This document shows, piece after piece, positions 54,889 to 64,000 of a stretch of DNA of 64,000 nucleotides. The translations under genes were made by a program, and so were the position numbers. Every line of letters begins with the position of its first letter. Position 1 is the stretch's first letter. The notes under the pieces are model-generated. The model was not told the origin of the DNA and did not search any database. It saw only the letters and a list, made by a program, of their open reading frames with translations. The stretch is from an uncultured Myxococcales bacterium. Lineage in GTDB: Bacteria > Myxococcota_A > Bradymonadia > REDH01. The stretch is taken from assembly GCA_965367675.1 (NCBI GenBank), contig CBDUJZ010000005.1:5027-69026 (forward strand), written 5' to 3'.

Positions 54889-55338
54889 CTAGTCCGCGGG
54901 TTCGTCGACGATGAACAGCTCGATGTCATCGGGGTCCACGTCGCGCTCGCTCACCACGGTGCCCCGCACCGAGGCCCCCGCGCTGTGCACCGAGTCCGGC
55001 GTGCCCGACACGAGCGGGTGCCAGTCGGCCAGCGCCTGCCCGCGCGCCACGCGGACGTAGCCGCAGGTGTCCGGTAGCCACGTGGTGGTCCGCGCCAGCT
55101 CCGGCGTCATCTGCAGGCACCCGGGGACCTTCTGAAACCGCTGCGCATATCCCGCGCAGCGGCACGAATCCGTATCCAGCAGCTGGCACGTGACGCGGGT
55201 GGTGTAGATCGTCCCGTCCTCGTCGTCCTCCAGCCGCAGCAGACAACACTTACCGCAGCCGTCGCAAAGCGACTCCCACTCGGTGGGAGACATCTGCTCG
55301 AGGGTCTTGGTCTCCCAAAATGGCTTCGGCGCCGCCAC
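54889..55338 (-). CDS. ycgN: YcgN family cysteine-cluster protein
   Basis: FWETKTL..MS..EWESLCDGCGKCCL, WLPDTCGY, WHPLVSG; GTG start coupled to the ppk2 stop. Confidence 0.93.
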   Translation of the reverse strand: MAAPKPFWETKTLEQMSPTEWESLCDGCGKCCLLRLEDDEDGTIYTTRVTCQLLDTDSCRCAGYAQRFQKVPGCLQMTPELARTTTWLPDTCGYVRVARGQALADWHPLVSGTPDSVHSAGASVRGTVVSERDVDPDDIELFIVDEPAD

Positions 55339-56210
55339 TACTCCGCCAACAGCTGCGCCTTGGCGCGGACGAGCAGCTCGGCGTGCTCCGGCCCCGGCTC
55401 AGGGTACTTCATGTCGAGCTTGCCCATCTCGTCGGCGACGATGCGCGAGATGATCAGGCGGGCGTTCTTCTTATCGTCGGCAGGGATGACAAACCACGGC
55501 GCGCGCTTGGTGCTCGTGGCGCCGATCGCGTCCTCGTAGGCCGCCTGGTAGTCCTTCCAGTACCCGCGCTCGCGGATATCGGCCTCGGCAAACTTCCACT
55601 GCTTCGCGGGGTCCTCGATACGCGCAAGAAACCGCTGCTTCTGCTCATCCTTGGACACGTGCAGGAAGAACTTGATGACGCGGGTGCCGTTGCGGGCGGC
55701 GTAGTCTTCGAAGTTGACGATGTCTTGGTAGCGCTGCTTCCACACGCGCTTCTCGTCGAGCAGCTCGGTGGGAATGCGCTGCGACTTCAGGATGCCGGGA
55801 TGCACCTTTACGACCAGCACCTCTTCGTAGTGCGAGCGGTTGAAGATGCCGATACGGCCGCGCTCCGGCATGCAGCGGTTGGTGCGCCACATCCAGTTGT
55901 GGTCCATCTCCTCGCTGCTCGGCTTTTTGAACGAGAAGACCTGGAACCCGCTGGGGTTCACCCCGGACATCACGTGCCGAATCGCGCCATCCTTGCCCGC
56001 GGTGTCCATGCCCTGAAACACCAGCAGCACGGAGTGCCGGTCTTGGGCGTACAGCACCTCCTGCAGATCGCGCAGCTCCTGGCGTTGCGCTTCGAGTATC
56101 TCCTTGTACTCGGCCTTGTCCTTGTAGGCCGGCTTGACCAGAGTATCGCGCTTGGACAGCGTGAACTTCTCACCTTCGCGGACGCGGAACTTGTCGACTT
56201 TATCGAGCAT
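55338..56210 (-). CDS. ppk2: Polyphosphate kinase 2 family protein (class III-like)
   Basis: FQGMDTAGKDG, GVNPSG, FNRSHYEEVLVVKVHP, KFFLHVSKDEQ, APWFVIPADDK; start at MLDKVD. Confidence 0.93.
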   Translation of the reverse strand: MLDKVDKFRVREGEKFTLSKRDTLVKPAYKDKAEYKEILEAQRQELRDLQEVLYAQDRHSVLLVFQGMDTAGKDGAIRHVMSGVNPSGFQVFSFKKPSSEEMDHNWMWRTNRCMPERGRIGIFNRSHYEEVLVVKVHPGILKSQRIPTELLDEKRVWKQRYQDIVNFEDYAARNGTRVIKFFLHVSKDEQKQRFLARIEDPAKQWKFAEADIRERGYWKDYQAAYEDAIGATSTKRAPWFVIPADDKKNARLIISRIVADEMGKLDMKYPEPGPEHAELLVRAKAQLLAE

Positions 56211-56259
56211 AGGAGCTTCGGGGGTATCGGTTGCCGAACCATGTTCCCACGATGCCCGT

Positions 56260-56355
56260 CCACACACAAAGCCCATGTGTTCACCACACACAAAGCCCAT
56301 GTGTTCACCACACACAAAGCCCATGTGTTCACCCCACACAAAGCCCACGTGGACA
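56260..56355. repeat. 24-bp tandem repeat x4 (VNTR) in the divergent ppk2 / hydrolase intergenic region
   Basis: CCACACACAAAGCCCATGTGTTCA x3 exact plus degenerate CCCCACACAAAGCCCACGTGGACA. Confidence 0.95.
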
Positions 56356-57044
56356 TGAACGACGACACGTTACTGCTGCACGGGTTCATGGGCTGCGCGA
56401 CCGACTGGGAGCCGGTGCTGCGCGGGCTCGACACGGGCCGCGCTATCGACCTTCCGGGCCACGGCGCTACGCCTCTCGACTGCGCGCATCTGAGCCTGGA
56501 CGGCTGGGCGGATTGGGTGGCCGCACAACACGCGCCCGTGCGCCAGCTCGTCGGATATTCCCTCGGCGGGCGACTCGCGCTTCGGATCGCGGCGCGACAC
56601 CCGGCGTTCTGCCAACAGGTGGTGCTGGTGAGCGCCCATCCGGGGCTCACCGACGCCATCGAACGCGCCGACAGAGCCGCGCTCGACACCACGCGAGCGG
56701 CACAAATCCGGGCCGACTTTCGGGGTTTCTTACGCCGGTGGTATGCGAGCCCGCTGTTCGGACTCACCACGCAACAGCAAGCGCGGCTGATCGACACGCG
56801 GGCCGCGCAGGACCCGGCGACAGTCGCGGCAGTGATCGAAGCCATGAGCCCCGGCAGAGCACCCGCGAGTTGGGACACTGTGCAGAGGCTGAGCGAGCGG
56901 CCCGCCGGGCTGCGCGTGGTGGTGGGCGCACGCGACGCCAAGTACGCCGCCGTATGGGCGGAGCACCCCGGCGTGCTCACGCTCGACGCCGGCCACGCGG
57001 TGCACATTGAGGCCGCCGACGCGCTCGCCGCCCTGCTCGGCTGA
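56355..57044 (+). CDS. menH: Alpha/beta hydrolase, MenH (SHCHC synthase)-like
   Basis: LLLHGFMG, DLPGHG, GYSLGGRLAL, ERADRAALD...FLRRWYASPLF, GARDAKY, GHAVH; no other men genes in the window. Confidence 0.7.
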   Translation: MNDDTLLLHGFMGCATDWEPVLRGLDTGRAIDLPGHGATPLDCAHLSLDGWADWVAAQHAPVRQLVGYSLGGRLALRIAARHPAFCQQVVLVSAHPGLTDAIERADRAALDTTRAAQIRADFRGFLRRWYASPLFGLTTQQQARLIDTRAAQDPATVAAVIEAMSPGRAPASWDTVQRLSERPAGLRVVVGARDAKYAAVWAEHPGVLTLDAGHAVHIEAADALAALLG

Positions 57045-57147
57045 CACCCCCAAACGCGTATCCCTCGGCTTGACCGAGATCGCGAAAGTCGCCAAGACTA
57101 CGGCCATGCGCAACTCTCAACGTACACGCGTGGCCCGGGGCCACCTG

Positions 57148-57195
57148 CCATGATCGTCGTTACGGGCAGCACACCATGATCGTCGTTACGGGCAG
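57148..57195 (+). repeat. 22-bp direct repeat duplicating the sulfotransferase start, creating a 9-codon uORF (57150..57179)
   Basis: CCATGATCGTCGTTACGGGCAG at 57148 and 57174. Confidence 0.9.
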
Positions 57196-58042
57196 TATGC
57201 GCTCGGGCACGTCGCTGTGGATGCAAATCCTGGCGCAGGCGGGCTTTCCGGTGATCGGCGACGCCTTTCCCGCCCACTGGGACGCCACGCTACGAGCGCG
57301 AAACCCGCGCGGATTCTACGAGAGCCAGCTGGTTGAAGGCGTGTACCACGCGACGAATCCACACCCCGAGTCGGGCGCGTTCCTGCATCCGGTCGCCACG
57401 CGCATGCACGCGGTGAAGGTGTTCGTCCCGGGGCTGCTCCGCTCGGACTGGGCGTTCCTGCATCGGGTCATCGGCACGATTCGGCCATGGCGGGTGGTGG
57501 CCCATTCGCGCGCCGCGATGCCGCACGGCATGCGCGCCACGGTGGACGTCTCGCCCGCGCTCACGTGGTGGCTCGAGAACTACGCGTTGGTGCGCGACAT
57601 CCTCGTCCGCGGCTATCCCGCCCACGTGGTGAGCTACGAGCGGCTGCTGCAAGACCCCGACCGCGAAGTCCGGGAGGCCCTCGCCTGGGTCACACAAGGC
57701 ACCGACATCGCGATCAACGCCGAAGCCGCCGTCGCCGCGGTGGACCCCGCGCTGTCGCGCTCGATGCCAGACGAAAACGTGGCGCACGACCTCGATCCGC
57801 GGCACGTGGCGGTCATGGACGCGCTGTACGACCACATCCACTTTGGGCGCGCGATGACGCCGGCGTTTGTGACCGAGTTGAACACGGTCGACGCTGAACT
57901 CCGCCCCGTCGCAGAGGCGGCGCGCGAGGCCGTGGTCGCGGACATGGTGAGCCGGATCGCGGCACTGTCCCCGACCGCGCTGTCCCCTTCCGTCCAGTCT
58001 CCTACCGTCCAGTCCCCCACCGCAACGCCGGGCTCCCCATGA
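57176..58042 (+). CDS. Sulfotransferase-like (P-loop PAPS-binding) protein
   Basis: IVVTGSMRSGTSLWMQIL 5'-PSB motif, NPRGFYES, VSYERLLQDP. Confidence 0.75.
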   Translation: MIVVTGSMRSGTSLWMQILAQAGFPVIGDAFPAHWDATLRARNPRGFYESQLVEGVYHATNPHPESGAFLHPVATRMHAVKVFVPGLLRSDWAFLHRVIGTIRPWRVVAHSRAAMPHGMRATVDVSPALTWWLENYALVRDILVRGYPAHVVSYERLLQDPDREVREALAWVTQGTDIAINAEAAVAAVDPALSRSMPDENVAHDLDPRHVAVMDALYDHIHFGRAMTPAFVTELNTVDAELRPVAEAAREAVVADMVSRIAALSPTALSPSVQSPTVQSPTATPGSP

Positions 58043-58950
58043 CGTCACTTCGCTTTCGCTCCGCTCAGATGCAGGACGCCGCGCCGCCAACGGCGGACTT
58101 CGTGTCCACCGCGACGCTGCCGGCTGGCAACCAAGACCTGGTGCTCGGCACGCTCCAAGTGTTGGCCGAGCGCATCGAAATGCGTACCGAAACGCGCACC
58201 GAAGGACCTGCTGAAGGGCGTCGCGCGACCGTGGTCGTGGGCCCGACGAACGCCATGGCGACGCCCGGCCTGTGGAGCCTGCATGCGGCGACACGCGTGG
58301 CCGCGGTAGCGCTGAGTACCGCCGCCATTCTAACTCCCACGCTGACCGCCGCGCCGGCGCACGCGCAAAAGCCACCGGCGCAAAACGCTGCCACCGTCCT
58401 GCCCGCTCCCGCCGCACCGAGCCCGATCGCGCTCCAGTCTCTGGCGGGCCACTCCGTTGAAATCAGCGTGGCCGATGGGCCGCCCATCGCCGGAGAGCTA
58501 CTGGCCGCCGGAGACGCGGTCGTCGTGTTGGCGCGGCTGGAAGACGGCGCCGTGTTCGAAATCCCCACCTCCAGCATCACCGCCGTGCGGTTGCTGACGG
58601 TCGCCGGCGCGCCTCCCACGGGCGACATGAGCTACCTGAGCGCCGGCTCCCTCGACGGCGGCGAAGCGTTCACCCGCAACCGCTCCACCGGCATGATGGT
58701 CACCGGCATCGTGCTCACCTCCATCGGTGGGCTCGGCGTCGTCGGCTACACGCTCGGCACCGCCGCGCAGCTGGCCGCATCGGGTTCCGCGTCGTTCGCC
58801 TACTACGGACTGCCCATGCTGGCCGTCAGCTCGGTACTGCTCGGCGCTGGCATCCCGATGTGGATCGTCGGCGGACGCGACGTTGAGGTTCAGCCCAACT
58901 TCGCGGCGACCGGCGAGCGCGTCTCTGGCGGCCTGAGCTTCACGTTCTAG
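58039..58950 (+). CDS. Hypothetical exported/membrane protein
   Basis: Signal-like segment ending PAHA|Q, small beta domain, two C-terminal TM helices and SGGLSFTF end; true start may be downstream (about 58255). Confidence 0.6.
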   Translation: MTSLRFRSAQMQDAAPPTADFVSTATLPAGNQDLVLGTLQVLAERIEMRTETRTEGPAEGRRATVVVGPTNAMATPGLWSLHAATRVAAVALSTAAILTPTLTAAPAHAQKPPAQNAATVLPAPAAPSPIALQSLAGHSVEISVADGPPIAGELLAAGDAVVVLARLEDGAVFEIPTSSITAVRLLTVAGAPPTGDMSYLSAGSLDGGEAFTRNRSTGMMVTGIVLTSIGGLGVVGYTLGTAAQLAASGSASFAYYGLPMLAVSSVLLGAGIPMWIVGGRDVEVQPNFAATGERVSGGLSFTF

Positions 58951-59013
58951 CCACCGACCACGGCGCGCGCACGCTGGGCTCAAGTCATGCGGCGCAACCC
59001 GCGGGCGTGGGAA

Positions 59014-59700
59014 CTAGAATCCGAGGCCCGCGAAGATCGAGAACGACTGGTTGTACACCTCGGGTTCACTGCTGTCGTACGCAAAAACCTCGCCGGAATC
59101 GATCACCGGCAGCAGGCCGCGGGTGAAGCGGAAGCCGAGCATCACGGACAACACTTGGGCGTCGATGATGAGGCCGGCGCCCGCGCCGAGGCCAAAGTCC
59201 GTGTTGTGAATGCCGTCGTTGATCTCGCGGCTGCGGTTTTCGTACAGCAGGTCGGCGTCGAGCAGGACCGACAGGTACACGCCGCCTTCAATGTACGGCG
59301 CCACGACCACGGCCGGGACCTGCAAACGCGCCATCAGCGGAATCTCCAGGTATCGCAGCCGCGTCTCGGTCTCCTGGGACACGCCGAGGAACGAGAACTC
59401 CCGCGTCTCGCCGCGTTCGGTATATCCAACCTCAAGCTGTAGCGCGAACCAGGGGTGTGTGAGCACTTCGCTGACGGCGTGGATGGACCAACCTGGACGA
59501 ACCGTGCTGTCGTCGGCGTCGGCGCCGCCGAACTGCGATACGGTACCGCCGAGTCGCAAACCGCCGCCAAATGATGGCGCCGCAGCGGCTGGCATGGACG
59601 TGAGACAGAAGGCGCCGATGAGGGCGGCACAGCTCACAACGGACAAGATCCGCGAGCAAAGCGCGGGACGAGAAAGGGCGTGAGAATCGCTAGAACGCAT
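59014..59700 (-). CDS. Porin-family (PorT/OmpA-like 8-stranded) outer-membrane beta-barrel
   Basis: Signal peptide, LQLEVGYTERG, YLEIPLMA, DFGLGAGAG, terminal Phe. Confidence 0.85.
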   Translation of the reverse strand: MRSSDSHALSRPALCSRILSVVSCAALIGAFCLTSMPAAAAPSFGGGLRLGGTVSQFGGADADDSTVRPGWSIHAVSEVLTHPWFALQLEVGYTERGETREFSFLGVSQETETRLRYLEIPLMARLQVPAVVVAPYIEGGVYLSVLLDADLLYENRSREINDGIHNTDFGLGAGAGLIIDAQVLSVMLGFRFTRGLLPVIDSGEVFAYDSSEPEVYNQSFSIFAGLGF

Positions 59701-59772
59701 AGAACCTCCGGGAAGTAGGAGCGTAGCGGAGCTTCTCTACGTAACCTCGACTCGGCAGCCCGCAAGGGTAGC

Positions 59773-60513
59773 CTAGAGCGAGCGCTCGATGACCGCCCGG
59801 GCCTCAGCGGCCAGCCCTTCGTGCGCCAGGATATCCCCGTGGGCCGGCACGATCACGGTCGGCGGCGTCGCCTCGAGGTCTTGCAGCAGCGTGCGCAGCG
59901 CGCCCTTCTTGTCTTTGACCAGGAACGACATCGCGAGGTTGAACACCCGGAAGCCCGGCGCGCTCTTGGTGGCCCAGAACAGCAGCTTCATCGGCTGCTT
60001 GGCGGGCAGCGTCGGCATGTTCGCCAGCACATCGGACATGTACCAGGCGCTGCCGTTCGCGGTGCGCGCCCACACCCAGCTCTCGCCGAACTTGGAGTTC
60101 GCCACCTCGCGCACGCCCACGCCGCCGCCCGCGCTGAGCAGGGCCTGCAATGCGCTCAGCGGCTCCAGCGCGCCCACCTCGGGCGACTTGCTCGTGATGC
60201 GCGCGATGGCTTGCGCGGGCGCGAACACCCGGGCTTCGGGGTAGCGCGCCCGCCACTCGGTGACGCCCAAATAGTGGAAGCCGTTGTTCGCGACGATCGC
60301 GCCAACGTCGCCGAACTCCGCCAGCTCGGCCGCCGCTTGGTCGCTAAAGCGCACGGCGGGGCTCACCACGAGCATGGTCCCGTCGGCCATTCGAGCCGCG
60401 AAGCAGTACGACGTCCCGCCCTTGGTGAAGGTGTAGGTCAGCGCGAGCACACCGGCGTCGCGATCGATGACGGTCCAGCCGCCGGGCGTTTGTTCAAAGG
60501 ACATCGCGTTCAT
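59773..60513 (-). CDS. Metallo-beta-lactamase-fold / DUF4336-like protein
   Basis: GTMLVVSP, IVANNGFHYLG..EW...YP, SDV, IVPAHGD. Confidence 0.7.
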   Translation of the reverse strand: MNAMSFEQTPGGWTVIDRDAGVLALTYTFTKGGTSYCFAARMADGTMLVVSPAVRFSDQAAAELAEFGDVGAIVANNGFHYLGVTEWRARYPEARVFAPAQAIARITSKSPEVGALEPLSALQALLSAGGGVGVREVANSKFGESWVWARTANGSAWYMSDVLANMPTLPAKQPMKLLFWATKSAPGFRVFNLAMSFLVKDKKGALRTLLQDLEATPPTVIVPAHGDILAHEGLAAEARAVIERSL

Positions 60514-60697
60514 TGTGTGGGGGAGCGCCAATCTGCCCGCGTGGCGCCCGCGCGACAAGCCTAGAAATGGGTCGGTTTGCGCGCTGCGCTTGAAAGCCGG
60601 ACCGTCGAGCCTATGCTCTCGGGGCGTTCGGAATCGGGGACCTGTTTGACGGGTTACTGCCTAGCCGCCGCACAAAACGTCTATCCAGGACCCTCCG

Positions 60698-61573
60698 ATG
60701 TTCGATTTCCAGCACTACGTCGACGTAAAGAAGAACCCCAACGCCAAGCGCGACTCGCGCGGGTTTGGGGAGTACGCCTTCAGCGGCGACGTGCGTGTGC
60801 TCAACTCTCTGTCGTACGTCAAACCGGTACGTTTGGCGGCCGAGGCGTCGGTCCGGGCGTTCAAGGCGTGGTACCGCAGCGACATCCTCGGCAAGGCGAT
60901 CAAGGTCAGCGGGCGGCAGTTCCCGCACCTGTACGGTCTGGTCCGCGAGTGCGCCGACGAGCTCTCGATCGCCGCGCCCACCGTGTACATCACTCAGGAC
61001 TTCAGCTCGATCAACGCGGCCACGTTCGGCACCGAGAGCGACAGCTTTATCCTGATCAACTCGGCGACCGTGGACCGGCTCAGCGACGAAGAGCTCAAGT
61101 TTGTGATCGGTCACGAGTGCGGACACATCCAGAACTCGCACGTGACCTACTCCACGGCGCTTCACTTCCTGACCTATATGGCGGGCAACTTTGTGAAGTG
61201 GATCGTGACGCCGGCCCGCATCGCGCTCATGGCGTGGAGCCGACGCGCTGAGATCACCTGCGACCGCGCCGGCCTGGTGTGCTGCAAGGACCCGGCGGCG
61301 GCGCAGAACGCGCTGATCAAGCTGGCGGTGGGCTCGCAGAAGCTGGTCGACGAGGTCGACGTCGAGGACTACCTGGCGCAGATCGACGACATCAAGGACG
61401 GCATCGGCCGCGTGTCGGAGTATTTCTTGTCGCACCCGTACCTGCCCAAGCGGGTCAAAGCGCTGCAGCTGTTCGCCGAGAGCGACTACTTCCAGCACCA
61501 CGTCGGCCAGCGCGGCGGCGTGCCGCTCGTCGAGGTCGACCGCCAAGTTGACGAGCTGGTGAGCGTTCTTTGA
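60698..61573 (+). CDS. M48 family (Ste24/HtpX-like) zinc metallopeptidase
   Basis: INAATFG, ELKFVIGHECGH, WSRRAEITCDRAG, SHP..PKRV. Confidence 0.9.
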   Translation: MFDFQHYVDVKKNPNAKRDSRGFGEYAFSGDVRVLNSLSYVKPVRLAAEASVRAFKAWYRSDILGKAIKVSGRQFPHLYGLVRECADELSIAAPTVYITQDFSSINAATFGTESDSFILINSATVDRLSDEELKFVIGHECGHIQNSHVTYSTALHFLTYMAGNFVKWIVTPARIALMAWSRRAEITCDRAGLVCCKDPAAAQNALIKLAVGSQKLVDEVDVEDYLAQIDDIKDGIGRVSEYFLSHPYLPKRVKALQLFAESDYFQHHVGQRGGVPLVEVDRQVDELVSVL

Positions 61574-61967
61574 GCCGACGCGCCCCCCGAACTCGGCCGC
61601 TGTCCTCGTTGGCCCTCAAGCGTCATTGCCAGGGCCGTCGGAGTGTGAGAGCTTCACGCTTGGTTGAGGAGACGCGGGCAGGATCGCTCGACGGTTCGCA
61701 GACGCCGATTTTCGGCGCCAGCTCACCCCGAGAACACTGCCCCCGACCAATCCCGTACCTTTCCGGCAGCCCCGCGCTTGCCCCCCCTCGCAAAGTGGCG
61801 GTCACCACGTCCAGACGCTTGGGGATCGGCCAAATGCGGTTCGCTGGAAAGGCTGGAGGTCGGCGCACACTTCCCATTGGCTGTTGGCAACCCGAAAGGA
61901 CTCCGTCTGAGTTCGAGCCGCCCCCGAGCCACACCTCCCGCTGTCTTCTCGACCACCTGAGATTGCG

Positions 61968-63689
<1,722 letters not shown>

Positions 63690-63731
63690 CCGGCCAGCGA
63701 ACCCGTAATCTGGCGCCGCCAAGCGGCACAA

Positions 63732-63773
63732 AACGCAAACAGCCACCCTCATGCGAGGGTGGCTGTTTGCGTT
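63732..63773. terminator. Bidirectional terminator between convergent genes
   Basis: Perfect 19-bp stem AACGCAAACAGCCACCCTC-ATGC-GAGGGTGGCTGTTTGCGTT. Confidence 0.85.
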
Positions 63774-63788
63774 CACGCGAGCGCGGGC

Positions 63789-64000
63789 TTAGCCGTCGCT
63801 CGGCTCCTCACCGCAGAACCCGAGCAGCTCGGGGCCGGCGAACGGGCGGCACGTCTGGCCGTCTCCAGTGCACTCGCTGTCGTCGCCGCAGATGCGACGG
63901 CACACGTTGCTGTAGTCGCAGTAGCCGAGCGCCACGCCGTCTTCGACAGCGCAGAACTCTTGGTAGATGGTCACGGTGCAGGGCTCGTCGAGGCTGGCCG
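63789..64000 (-). CDS. 3' end of a Cys-rich protein (runs off the window)
   Basis: Open to the window edge; ...FCAVEDGVALGYCDYSNVCRRICGDDSECTGDGQTCRPFAGPELLGFCGEE; ends at the terminator. Confidence 0.7.
   Translation of the reverse strand, partial: ASLDEPCTVTIYQEFCAVEDGVALGYCDYSNVCRRICGDDSECTGDGQTCRPFAGPELLGFCGEEPSDG

Noticed and set aside
56260-56355. Possible mini-CRISPR array
   Set aside because: Repeats are head-to-tail with no unique spacers, and there are no cas genes in the window
55320-57044. 574-aa ORF as a single protein
   Set aside because: The first ~345 codons are antisense to ppk2 plus the VNTR; only 56355..57044 has hydrolase motifs

Overview
High-GC (roughly two-thirds G+C) bacterial chromosome window, most consistent with a Myxococcota/Bradymonadia-like deltaproteobacterium. 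No rRNA, tRNA, CRISPR array, IS element or prophage was recognised. Main content: (1) 0.1-15.6 kb, minus strand: a compact Agl-Glt-type motor cluster (periplasmic/TPR proteins, gltD/E/F-like, aglR-aglQ-aglS, gltG-like, a second aglR copy, a secreted helical protein and an outer-membrane beta-barrel). The two aglR copies encode 211/213 identical residues despite about 60 synonymous codon changes, and the AglQ-like subunit has Asn in place of the proton-carrying Asp. (2) M61 peptidase, DUF1285-like protein, romR-valS, a metallopeptidase, a 5'-nucleotidase-like/tetraheme cytochrome lipoprotein, apaG, an SDR with no canonical start codon, sucA. (3) A complete alternative complex III (actABCDEF) + SCO + caa3-type A2 oxidase operon downstream of a group III truncated haemoglobin and dnaE. 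(4) Cys/Asp-rich surface lipoproteins, XPB-like helicase, ycgN-ppk2, menH-like hydrolase, sulfotransferase, porin, MBL-fold protein, and an M48 peptidase + dynamin-like protein pair. Several short tandem duplications lie in regulatory positions. All calls come from motif recognition by eye; no database searches were run.
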